A stretch of DNA of 64,000 nucleotides. It comes from a virus (taxonomy: Duplodnaviria > Caudoviricetes). Below the pieces are notes generated by a model that was given only the letters and a program-made list of their open reading frames with translations, did no database searches and was not told where the DNA came from. The translations under genes were made by a program, and so were the position numbers. The stretch spans positions 1 through 64,000 of IMG/VR virus record IMGVR_UViG_3300033463_000054, one strand, 5' to 3'. Below, one piece after another: positions 26,186 through 34,753 of the stretch; position 1 is the first letter of the stretch, and each line of letters opens with the position of its first letter.

Positions 26186-26462
26186 CGTCCACACTCCCAT
26201 GCTTTACACGATCTTTTTCTTCAGCCCTCTTTGCATCATTCCAACGATCCATATCTCCAACGAGGTATCCTGTGATGCGCCTGTACCGACAAAAAGGAAT
26301 ATCGTCATAATGAAAATCGATGTCAACAAAGTCATTGTCTACTATAGTAATATGCATCTCTTTACAATTAGGATGCTTTTTGTTTGCCATGTTGACATAA
26401 GCATCAATTTCCTTCTGTGGAAGTTCGCCGTTTTCGACAACGACCTTTATCATTTTGATCAC
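26172..26462 (-). CDS. stand-alone NrdD C-terminal glycyl-radical-domain protein
   Basis: C-terminus RYRRITGYLVGDMDRWNDAKRAEEKDRVKH matches the class III RNR C-terminal glycyl-radical loop; only about 93-96 aa. Confidence 0.75.
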   Translation of the reverse strand: MIKMIKVVVENGELPQKEIDAYVNMANKKHPNCKEMHITIVDNDFVDIDFHYDDIPFCRYRRITGYLVGDMDRWNDAKRAEEKDRVKHGSVDDGSI

Positions 26463-26713
26463 TCCTCAGTCTTATTAATTTCGATCTCGTCATGCTCTGT
26501 TTCAGTAGGGATACTATCAACAGTATGATGAGCATCGACATTGCTTTCCGCCAAAATATAAATTATGAGAGTCGCGCATGCTGTGATGAGACCGGTTATC
26601 TGGGTCTTTTCTTCCTCAGACGCACCAAATATCACCATAACTGATATGACGACACCTATAACTGCCATCCAGAATTTCCTAGACGACAGTTTACGCTTCC
26701 AGTCTATTTTCAT
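26459..26713 (-). CDS. holin
   Basis: IDWKRKLSSRKFWMAV, two TM helices, YILAESNVDA; upstream of the endolysin. Confidence 0.85.
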   Translation of the reverse strand: MKIDWKRKLSSRKFWMAVIGVVISVMVIFGASEEEKTQITGLITACATLIIYILAESNVDAHHTVDSIPTETEHDEIEINKTEE

Positions 26714-26718
26714 TTTGA

Positions 26719-27354
26719 TCAGCTCCTTATGTTCTTTGAAAGTAGCTTGTATGTTTGACCGTTATCCCTTGTAAACTCTTCCGATTCTTCAAAACCAAGT
26801 TTAATAGCGGTTTGAATTGACTTACTGTTTTCGCTATCAGTACCCCAAATGAGACGATTAATAGACTGATCGAGAGTTCCATTTTGAGCCATCTTCTCTA
26901 TCTCTTTATTACCTTTTTCAACAAGTCGAGAAGCATATCCGGCATGTCTGTATTTAGGATCATTACGAACACCTATAGAAATATCGATAATATTCTCGTC
27001 TTCTATATGACCTTGCCAATACTCAATAAACGCTACGGGAACGTCCTTTATTTTGATCACGTCAGCATACACTCTATTAGCCGTATCGTACTTTGTTTTA
27101 GGGTCATAGTAGTATTTGGGAGCTTTCTCATTAGGACTCTCGGCTTGAATATAAGACTTCTCTCTATCACTAAACGTCTTATAAATATCATTGATGTCCT
27201 TATTATACTGTTTATGCTTCCCTATTGAATCAGTAGAACGAGTAATATCGTGTTTCTCACCCTGATACGGTCTGACTCCTGAACCCCAAGGATAGCGTCC
27301 AGAGTGTCGAGGAGTACCGTAATGATACAGCTCGCTATCGGTCATTTTGATCAA
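26719..27354 (-). CDS. GNAT acetyltransferase with ELYHYG N-terminal motif
   Basis: PKYRHAGYASRLV acetyl-CoA motif A; N..SIQTAIKLGF motif B; N-terminal ELYHYGTPRHSGRYPWGSG. Confidence 0.75.
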   Translation of the reverse strand: MIKMTDSELYHYGTPRHSGRYPWGSGVRPYQGEKHDITRSTDSIGKHKQYNKDINDIYKTFSDREKSYIQAESPNEKAPKYYYDPKTKYDTANRVYADVIKIKDVPVAFIEYWQGHIEDENIIDISIGVRNDPKYRHAGYASRLVEKGNKEIEKMAQNGTLDQSINRLIWGTDSENSKSIQTAIKLGFEESEEFTRDNGQTYKLLSKNIRS

Positions 27355-27371
27355 TTAGGGCACTCCCCTTT

Positions 27372-27785
27372 CTACTGTATAAACCCGCCCTCGTCGAGCA
27401 GCTTATTATACACTCTTCGTATGTGTTGAATGGCTATCACGCAGGCATTATTCTTGTAATTGGGATGCTTCTCACAATACGTCTCGTAAATATCCACTTC
27501 TTCCATGGTCTGCTGGAAGTATTCGCGAGAGTGATGTATACCATTGATAAGCTCGTCGTCAAAGCGTAGAATTCGTGTTCTAGCATTTGTCGCAGAGTTA
27601 GCATCTACTCTCTCCGATACTTCCATCACCACGTCAGTTAGCTTGTCTATCTTTTTGTTAGTCTCGTCGATCTTCTCAGCAGTCTTATCTTTGCGGCCTA
27701 TGAGAAACTGTATAAGCCCCCATAGACCGCTAGACGCAATGACCGCTACCACGACAGCAGTAATCACCTCGGACATAGGCATCAC
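27372..27785 (-). CDS. lysis-module membrane protein (holin-associated)
   Basis: N-terminal TM, coiled coil, ARTRILRFDDEL...YCEKHPNYKN motif. Confidence 0.6.
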   Translation of the reverse strand: MMPMSEVITAVVVAVIASSGLWGLIQFLIGRKDKTAEKIDETNKKIDKLTDVVMEVSERVDANSATNARTRILRFDDELINGIHHSREYFQQTMEEVDIYETYCEKHPNYKNNACVIAIQHIRRVYNKLLDEGGFIQ

Positions 27786-29176
27786 TCCGCTAAGAACGTG
27801 TTGTACAGACTGCGCATATTTGCTTCCACGGTTGCATCACTTTCAGATGTACCGATTACGCCAAAGTATTTCACATAGCCATTTGCCTGTTCACCTAAAT
27901 ACCCTGAGCCGAATTTATCAGCATTGCATACAGCGACATATCGTCCACAGTTTACAGGAGATTTGTCTATCTGTATTACATCATCATTAGCAGCATCATA
28001 TACAAATCCGCTTGCACCATCTGTTGTGTCTGCCGCTGTGAGCCTTATCGCCACAACAACATAATCTGAACAAGTGATGCCTGTATCTGTATCATCACCC
28101 CATGCGGCAACATATATTGGACTGCCTCTGAGACCGATACCTTGTGAATTGTCACGAGCAGCAAAAGCACACAGAACTCTTGACTGACTGGAAGGACTGA
28201 CAAGTTTCAGAACTGCATACGCTGTAAATGGGTGCTGAGGATATGTCAAGTCAACATAAGGTACTACATCATTATCAGAAGCCGAATTTACATATACGGC
28301 ATCTTCTGCTGAGTTATATGACGGTTTATGTTCATTGCTCTTGTAAATAGCAGGATGCTCACCTGAACCCCATGTGTTTTCACTTGCATCAAAATTGTCC
28401 TTTGTAGCTTCACAGAACAGGAACGTGCTGTCACTGTAAGGCAGATATTGAGCGGCAATATAGTCAGCACCGTTCACGAGTATACCTCGATTAAATCCGC
28501 TCTGACTATCCTGTATACCAACAAGCCCTTTCGCTTGTTTCTGTGCCGTAGTCAAAACATTCCATTGTGCACTTGTCATAAGCTCCACGTCCTGCGCCAC
28601 GTTTACGGTAACACTAGAATATCCAGCAAGGTCATCGGTCGAAGCGGTATACGTGCCATTTTGAGTAATCGTGGAGGATTTGGCATCTATGGGTACATCA
28701 ACAGAGACACTCGAATAACCATCCAGATTTTCAGAGCTTGCTGTGTAAGTACCATTTTGAGTAATGTTCTTCGAGTCGACATTAGGCGACACACTCACAT
28801 TCACCGTCTTATACCCATCAGCATTGTCAGATGAGGCATTGTATACGCCATTTTGAATAACGGACTTCGTGATGAGAACTGCTTCTGATCCGCCTCCTGA
28901 ACCACCCACTTCACCAAAAGGACAAGACGAGTATTCCTGAGCGTGACATTCGAGAGTTGTAGCACCGAGAGTGTAAATATCATCGTTGATCGAAGTGAGC
29001 ATGAGTATCTCGCCGGCACCAAGCTTAGCAACGTTATCCGCGTTTGCTACTATACCCGGCTTATCACTGACATAAACACAATCTTCGCCAAGGTTTTTAA
29101 GCCAGATATACTGATAACGCCTATTAAACTTTATCTGCTGCTCGGCTGCCGTCGTTACAACCGTTTTAATCTGCAT
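27782..29176 (-). CDS. tail fibre/structural protein with internal repeats and lectin-like C-terminus
   Basis: three ITQNGTYTAS..LDGYSSVSV-type repeats; N-terminal about 95 aa paralogous to 36242..37213. Confidence 0.65.
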   Translation of the reverse strand: MQIKTVVTTAAEQQIKFNRRYQYIWLKNLGEDCVYVSDKPGIVANADNVAKLGAGEILMLTSINDDIYTLGATTLECHAQEYSSCPFGEVGGSGGGSEAVLITKSVIQNGVYNASSDNADGYKTVNVSVSPNVDSKNITQNGTYTASSENLDGYSSVSVDVPIDAKSSTITQNGTYTASTDDLAGYSSVTVNVAQDVELMTSAQWNVLTTAQKQAKGLVGIQDSQSGFNRGILVNGADYIAAQYLPYSDSTFLFCEATKDNFDASENTWGSGEHPAIYKSNEHKPSYNSAEDAVYVNSASDNDVVPYVDLTYPQHPFTAYAVLKLVSPSSQSRVLCAFAARDNSQGIGLRGSPIYVAAWGDDTDTGITCSDYVVVAIRLTAADTTDGASGFVYDAANDDVIQIDKSPVNCGRYVAVCNADKFGSGYLGEQANGYVKYFGVIGTSESDATVEANMRSLYNTFLAE

Positions 29177-29189
29177 TTGTCACCCTCCT

Positions 29190-29348
29190 TTATTCTTCAT
29201 TTTGATCGCCATGATCGTCAGATTCAGGATAATAGCCGCGTCTCACAAGTTCCTCGTAGACCTGCTCACGATACTTCAGAGGGACCTGATCGAGTGTCTT
29301 TTCACCCTTTTCAATAAGGTCAGCGTATACTTTTACAATATAACTCAT
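29190..29348 (-). CDS. CD1375-like small protein (not in ORF track)
   Basis: 52 aa MSYIVKVYADLIEKGEKTLDQVPLKYREQV...; start overlaps the upstream stop. Confidence 0.7.
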   Translation of the reverse strand: MSYIVKVYADLIEKGEKTLDQVPLKYREQVYEELVRRGYYPESDDHGDQNEE

Positions 29349-29617
29349 CAAATCATCTCCTCAAAAAGTTCAGTTAGTGCGAGCTGGGTATTGGTCACCT
29401 GCTCATTGAGTAGTGCTATGTATTCATCTTTGGTGTATTCGAGAAGTCTGTACTTGTAGCCGGTATGAGTGGAGACCGTTTCTTCGCCAGTCTCTTCGTC
29501 AAACCCGTAATCAGGCACTTCCTCCTCTTCAATATTCTCAGCGAGAAAGACCTTAGTTTCTCTGATGTCAGGAGTAATAGGTCGTTCATCTGCGTGAGTG
29601 ATGCCATAATCTTTCAT
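29348..29617 (-). CDS. small acidic protein coupled to the RT (tail-fibre chaperone-like, or DGR accessory)
   Basis: 89 aa; ATGA overlap with RT stop; YTKDEYIALLNEQVTNTQLALTELFE coiled-coil C-terminus. Confidence 0.65.
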   Translation of the reverse strand: MKDYGITHADERPITPDIRETKVFLAENIEEEEVPDYGFDEETGEETVSTHTGYKYRLLEYTKDEYIALLNEQVTNTQLALTELFEEMI

Positions 29618-30681
29618 AAGCTTAAAGCTCCTTCCATTTTGATTTTGAGTTGAAGTTTAAGTTGAATAAGTCTCCTTTGTATAGTTTCCAAATACAAATG
29701 TTCCAAGTGTCGACAATTAGCGTGTTTAGTCCATCCTGAATAAGACGCAGTAACACACCGATCATGCTCACCAAGCCACTCTTTGTCTTTCATTTTGAGC
29801 AGTTTGTGTCGCATGGCTTTCTTGGTTGTGGTTCTAAGGAGTGTATGTGAGCCAAAGAACACGTAACCTAAGAAGTCAACGCCTCGAACATATGTAGGAA
29901 ACACCTGCCAGTTCGATTTGATTTTAAGATTAAGCGTTTCTTCTATATAAGCCCTTATTTCTTTAAAGAGTTCATGAAGCTTAGTTTTATCGTTTGCAAA
30001 TATCACAATGTCGTCCATATAGCGATGATAATATTTAACGTGTTTTACTTCCTTAATCCAATGATCAAAGTCTGATAAATATAAGTTTCCGCAATACTGA
30101 GATAAATAGTTTCCTATTGGTAAGCCTTCTTCGTCAGGCACACTATCTATTATCTCATCGATAAGCCAAAGGAGTTTCTGATCTTTAAACATCCTTCTGA
30201 ATTTCATTTTGAGTATTTCGTGATCAATTGATTGGTAGTATTTGGAAATGTCGAACTTCAGACAATACTTGCAACCCTCAAAGTCATTCTCTATATCATT
30301 TTGAACACGTCGCATACCATAGTGTACGCCTCTTTCGGGAATAGCAGAATATGTATCAGCGGTCATAGTTCGAATGAGATACGGCTCGATTACCTGAATT
30401 AAAGCCCAGTGAACTATTCTATCAGGATAATATGGAAGTTTGTGTATTCGTCTGAGTTTGTTATGCTCTTTACGCTCAAAGACATGGTATTTTGAGGTGT
30501 GATAAGTCTGAAACATAAGAAACCGCGAGATTTTGTCTAAATAGTAATCAGTATCGGCGTCGACCATCTTTACTTCGTTATACCAGCCTTTACCTCGTCT
30601 AGCATTCTTATGAGCAAGTCTTAGATTGTCCATATCGTAGACTTTCTCATATAGATTACCTACTCTCTTCATTTTGATCAT
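29614..30681 (-). CDS. DGR reverse transcriptase
   Basis: KFDISKYYQSIDH, GLPIGNYLSQ, RYMDDIVIF, GVDFLGY; about 355 aa with no maturase/endonuclease extension. Confidence 0.95.
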   Translation of the reverse strand: MIKMKRVGNLYEKVYDMDNLRLAHKNARRGKGWYNEVKMVDADTDYYLDKISRFLMFQTYHTSKYHVFERKEHNKLRRIHKLPYYPDRIVHWALIQVIEPYLIRTMTADTYSAIPERGVHYGMRRVQNDIENDFEGCKYCLKFDISKYYQSIDHEILKMKFRRMFKDQKLLWLIDEIIDSVPDEEGLPIGNYLSQYCGNLYLSDFDHWIKEVKHVKYYHRYMDDIVIFANDKTKLHELFKEIRAYIEETLNLKIKSNWQVFPTYVRGVDFLGYVFFGSHTLLRTTTKKAMRHKLLKMKDKEWLGEHDRCVTASYSGWTKHANCRHLEHLYLETIQRRLIQLKLQLKIKMEGALSL

Positions 30682-30840
30682 CTCTTTTCTGTCTGTTTTT
30701 CAATTTACATCTCATTCTTCAGTTTTCGGTTTTGTTGGAGTTAGTCCCGAGCTTTCGAGTATGATAATACCTACTAACACAGTTTCACCACGATATTTTT
30801 TGCCAAGGGGCAGGGTAAAATCCTAGTCTACAAATAAAAC

Positions 30841-30952
30841 CAACAAAGACGGCCACCGATATTACGATTCCGATTACCCACGCTATTATTCCAATTCCAG
30901 TAAAACGGACCGGCATTAGAGCTATTATTCCAATTACCGCCACGATAGACGA
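30841..30952 (-). repeat. DGR template repeat (TR), 112 nt
   Basis: non-coding; in target frame reads VYRGGNWNNSSNAGPFYWNWNNSVGNRNRNIGGRLC with ten AAT codons. Confidence 0.96.
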
Positions 30953-30978
30953 ACATCGGTAGAACTTTACCTATAAAA

Positions 30979-31024
30979 AGGAGAGAACATTTGCAGGCGT
31001 TGACTCGTACAAATATCCTCTCCT
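30979..31024 (-). other. 17-bp RNA stem-loop 5' of TR
   Basis: AGGAGAGGAUAUUUGUA pairs with UGCAAAUGUUCUCUCCU using three G-U pairs, so it is fully paired only on the minus-strand RNA. Confidence 0.75.
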
Positions 31025-31129
31025 AATTATTGAGCTTATATATATTTTATGTCTAACTAGATGTCAAATTTTACATTTTGTTCCAAAATGATTATCTCAG
31101 ACTATACAGTCTTCGATTACGAATTTACT

Positions 31130-31171
31130 TTGCTGCCAAGAAGGAGGCTTCGCTCCGCTCAGCTATCTAGG
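31130..31171 (-). other. IMH/hairpin element downstream of VR1, nearly identical copy at 32782-32823
   Basis: CCTAGAT(A/T)GCTGAGCGGAGCGAAGCCTCCTT(C/T)TTGGCAGCAA after both VRs; absent after TR and after the third paralog. Confidence 0.75.
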
Positions 31172-32688
31172 CAACAAAGACGGCCACCGATACTACGAGC
31201 CCGACTACCCACGCTATTACGCCAAAGCCAGCAAAACGGACCGGCATAAGAGCTATCAGCCCAACAACCGCCACGAAAGACGATTCTGTATCCATTGAGG
31301 TTTCGGGTGGAATACTGATAATCGCCTACTGGTTTCGTGGAATCAGCTCCCGTTCTTTGTGCCCTCGTTGCAATAAATCCCCAATCGAATTTCTCGCTCC
31401 ACCCGAAGTTATTTATGTAGCCATAAGCGTTCGTGACACCCAAAAATCCTTCACAAGTGATACCTGTGGATTCATAGTTGCCAGATTTCTTACTTTCGGC
31501 GTAATTATAGTCAGTACAGTAGTAAGCTACACCACCTCTTTTGTAGCCATTACCCCAGATGTTAACGCCATTAGTGAATTCCCAGAGATTACCCCAGTCA
31601 TTCTCTCGACCTCTGTATCGTATGGAGACTTTACCGTTCGTGGTTGATGTGATCTTAACTCCTGCACTCGAGATTTGAAGTGTCGATGATGCAGCACCAG
31701 ACCCGTTACCAAGGCTAGCAGTAGAACCAGTCTGTACTCCCTCGTTACCCGTCGATGAAGCATACGCCGTACAACCATTTCCAATCACACTCTGCATATT
31801 AAACGTCGCATACTCCACTACCATCAGCATTTGTTCCATGGAGTGGATTTGGAAGTTCTCGGAGTGCCATTTTGATCCTCTATTCTGGCACATCTTTTCT
31901 ACATTCGGTCGGGTGAGGACATTTTGGGGTGTGCCGGATGCGTAGGACATGCCAGATGCAGGCTTAACTCCGGCTATCGAGCAAAACTTATCGTTATCGA
32001 AGTCGTAAATATAAGTCTGCGGGGTTACTGTGGGATCGCCTGTTACGGGGTCCCAAGTAATGTCAAGATCATCGTACAAGACGTAAGCCGAACCTGACAC
32101 GTCATACACACTGCCCTCGTAAGCCGAAATATAAATACCGTCCATCTCATTACCATCGGGATCGAGAAATGCAGGATGGACTTTGAAACCATATTTGGGG
32201 GTGTCTGAGAGGTAGTAATTGACTTTGAGCAGATGATAACCCTCAGGATCAGTGTATTCAGTGGGTGTAGAAGCCGTAGCAGGTATCTCCTCAACCGCTA
32301 TCTTTTCCATTTTGAGCGGAACTGTGCGGTAATAGAACTTCGGCTGGTAAACCATCACCTGACCATTGCTGCCGTCTTCAGTATAGCCAACATCACCATA
32401 CCAAGCATTAACAGTACCGTCATCAGCCAGATTACAAAGCTTACGATTACCATACATGTTATATGTATTGAAGTCCGAGCCTGCAGTCTTTCCCACAGCA
32501 CCAGCCAGTCGAGTAAATGTCGAGTTCTCGAAGTCAGCCTGCAAGCCGATAATGTCATTTTGATCAGGATAACCTATCCACGCTTCAATGTCCCTTATAT
32601 CATCCCAACCATCAGCATACTTCACATCGAATGTGGTTTGAGTATTGCTTATTGGGACTGTAATATTTGAAACTTCTGAATTAGCCAT
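31159..32688 (-). CDS. DGR target 1, tail-fibre/tropism protein with C-terminal CLec-like domain
   Basis: NDWGNLWEF...RGGCW...GGRL CLec/FGE-type motifs; carries VR1. Confidence 0.9.
   Translation of the reverse strand: MANSEVSNITVPISNTQTTFDVKYADGWDDIRDIEAWIGYPDQNDIIGLQADFENSTFTRLAGAVGKTAGSDFNTYNMYGNRKLCNLADDGTVNAWYGDVGYTEDGSNGQVMVYQPKFYYRTVPLKMEKIAVEEIPATASTPTEYTDPEGYHLLKVNYYLSDTPKYGFKVHPAFLDPDGNEMDGIYISAYEGSVYDVSGSAYVLYDDLDITWDPVTGDPTVTPQTYIYDFDNDKFCSIAGVKPASGMSYASGTPQNVLTRPNVEKMCQNRGSKWHSENFQIHSMEQMLMVVEYATFNMQSVIGNGCTAYASSTGNEGVQTGSTASLGNGSGAASSTLQISSAGVKITSTTNGKVSIRYRGRENDWGNLWEFTNGVNIWGNGYKRGGVAYYCTDYNYAESKKSGNYESTGITCEGFLGVTNAYGYINNFGWSEKFDWGFIATRAQRTGADSTKPVGDYQYSTRNLNGYRIVFRGGCWADSSYAGPFCWLWRNSVGSRARSIGGRLCCLDS
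31172..31283 (-). repeat. variable repeat VR1
   Basis: ungapped 112-nt match to TR; 16 mismatches, all at TR adenines. Confidence 0.96.
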
Positions 32689-32810
32689 TTTGATTTCACC
32701 TCGATTTTATTTGAAGTGTTTATGTATAGATTTCTCACGAATTTACTTTCAGCATGCGCTGACATCCCTCAGGAATTCGGGTTGCTGCCAAAAAGGAGGC
32801 TTCGCTCCGC

Positions 32811-34733
32811 TCAGCAATCTAGGCAACAAAGACGGCCACCGATACTACGATACCGAGAACCCACGCTAAGATTCCAAGCCCAGCAAAACGGACCGGCATA
32901 AGAGCTATTATTCCAAGCACCGCCACGATAGACGATTCTGTATCCGTTAAGGTTTGATGTATAGTACCCATAATCGCCTACTGGAAGTGTCGCACTAGCT
33001 GGTGTACCAACAAGTGTCGGTATAAACATCCAGTCACATTCTACATTCCATCCAAAATATCTCGTGTAACCATTAGTCTTGGTGCAAGTAATATTGGTCG
33101 AAATATAATTCTCGGTCTTTTTACTCTCAGCGAAAGTCCAATCATCGCAGTAATAAGGTATACCGCCACGCTTTTTGCCATTACCCCAAATATTAAGACC
33201 GTTCGTGAACTTATACATATTACCCCAGTCGTTCTCTCGACCTCTGTAACGTATAGAAAGTTTATTTGTTCCATCTGTAGAGGTATAAGTCGTGGCTCCT
33301 GTGGAAATATATCTCGTGGTTGTAGTTGCTGCTCCTGTACCGTTACCTATTGACGTCGTAGCTCCTGTCTGTACAGTATTAGATTCAGTGGAAATATCAG
33401 TAATGCCCGTTACACCAGCACCAATAGCTGTCTGCATATTAAACGCACCATACTCGATTACCATAAGGAGTTGTTCCATCGACACGACTTGAGCATTCTC
33501 GCTATGCCATTTTGAACCTCTATTCTGGCACATTGATTCTACACCAGTTCGAGTCATACTAGTATGCTTAAGGCCACTTGCAGGTTTAACCCCGGCTATA
33601 GAACAAAACTTATCTGTGGTTGTATCAGCCAAATAAGTATCATGAGTGTAATTACCATCGTCACTCATATCGTCATAAATGAGATACTTAGCAGCCGAAA
33701 CGTCGTAAATACTTCCCTCATACGCGGAAATATAAATTCCATCCATCTCATTACCATCAGCATCGAGGAAAGCTGGATGTACCTTAAACCCATACTTAGG
33801 CTTGTCGGAGATGAAGTAATTGGCTTTAAGGAGGTGATATCCCTCGGGTTCGGTGTACTCGGGTGTAGCTGCCTCTGGGTCAATTACTTCAGGAGCAATC
33901 TTTTCGAGTTTGAGAGGGAGGACTTTGTAGTAAAATTTCGGCTGATAGACCATGACCTGTCCATTCGAGCCGTCTTCTATATATCCCTGCTCACCATACC
34001 AAGCATTAACAGTACCATTATCAGCAAGGTTACAGAGCTTCCTATCACCATACATTTTGAACACATTGAAATCCGATCCTGCAGTCTTACCTACAGCACC
34101 AGCCAGTCGAGTAAACGTCATGTTTTCGAAGTCGGCCTGTAAACCCACAATGCTCGTATCATCAGGATATCCCAGATACGCATGCATATCCTCAAGCTGT
34201 TCCTTAGCGTAAGCGTCCTTTATGTTGAGAAGCATATTAGGATGTGTGACAACTCTAATGCTTGTGGAGTTAAGCCATGTCAGACAGCTAGCCGCAGTAT
34301 CATAACCAAAGAACGTCCACCAGTTTCTATAACCTTCAGGAGGTATCTCAAACCAAACTTGTGCATCTGTATATGACGTTGTAGTACCGTCAAGTTTATT
34401 ATACGTGTCATAATCCAGTGTTAGAATCATTGTATCATAATAGAAAGTAAATCTGAAGTTCTTGTAAGTAAGTACACCATCAAGATATGATCCCGGATTA
34501 TTCATTTTGATCCATATAGACTGTGGAATATAAGCATTACGAGTTCCATCGGGATAATAAGTCATTCTAGCCATTGCAAATCCCGGAGAGTATTCATCAG
34601 TCCAGATATTGACTCTTAAATCGCCTATATAAAAGTCCCCATTCGTGTCGTTTACCACCACATCCGCAGCAGAGGGATAAGTGATATCGTAATCCATGGG
34701 GACCGTCACTTTAGACATAGTTGCATTTGGCAT
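32811..34733 (-). CDS. DGR target 2, paralogous tail-fibre protein with an extra N-terminal domain
   Basis: same core as target 1; probable start MPNAT; carries VR2. Confidence 0.9.
   Translation of the reverse strand: MPNATMSKVTVPMDYDITYPSAADVVVNDTNGDFYIGDLRVNIWTDEYSPGFAMARMTYYPDGTRNAYIPQSIWIKMNNPGSYLDGVLTYKNFRFTFYYDTMILTLDYDTYNKLDGTTTSYTDAQVWFEIPPEGYRNWWTFFGYDTAASCLTWLNSTSIRVVTHPNMLLNIKDAYAKEQLEDMHAYLGYPDDTSIVGLQADFENMTFTRLAGAVGKTAGSDFNVFKMYGDRKLCNLADNGTVNAWYGEQGYIEDGSNGQVMVYQPKFYYKVLPLKLEKIAPEVIDPEAATPEYTEPEGYHLLKANYFISDKPKYGFKVHPAFLDADGNEMDGIYISAYEGSIYDVSAAKYLIYDDMSDDGNYTHDTYLADTTTDKFCSIAGVKPASGLKHTSMTRTGVESMCQNRGSKWHSENAQVVSMEQLLMVIEYGAFNMQTAIGAGVTGITDISTESNTVQTGATTSIGNGTGAATTTTRYISTGATTYTSTDGTNKLSIRYRGRENDWGNMYKFTNGLNIWGNGKKRGGIPYYCDDWTFAESKKTENYISTNITCTKTNGYTRYFGWNVECDWMFIPTLVGTPASATLPVGDYGYYTSNLNGYRIVYRGGAWNNSSYAGPFCWAWNLSVGSRYRSIGGRLCCLDC
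32824..32935 (-). repeat. variable repeat VR2
   Basis: ungapped 112-nt match to TR; 12 mismatches, all at TR adenines. Confidence 0.96.
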
Positions 34734-34753
34734 TTTGAGTAACACCTCCTTTG

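Larger units (their letters stand above)
29614..32935 (-). mobile_element. diversity-generating retroelement (RT + TR + two VR-bearing targets)
   Basis: see RT, TR and VR features; all 28 TR/VR mismatches fall on TR adenines. Confidence 0.96.

Noticed and set aside
26172-26462. Functional nrdD gene
   Set aside because: Far too short; only the C-terminal radical loop is present.
29614-30681. Group II intron, retron or Abi reverse transcriptase
   Set aside because: The adjacent TR/VR pairs with adenine-only mismatches and the GNYLSQ/YMDD motifs identify a DGR RT.
31061-32901. Two similar plus-strand ORFs (31061..31249 and 32716..32901)
   Set aside because: The similarity comes from reading VR1/VR2 and their hairpin elements on the opposite strand.
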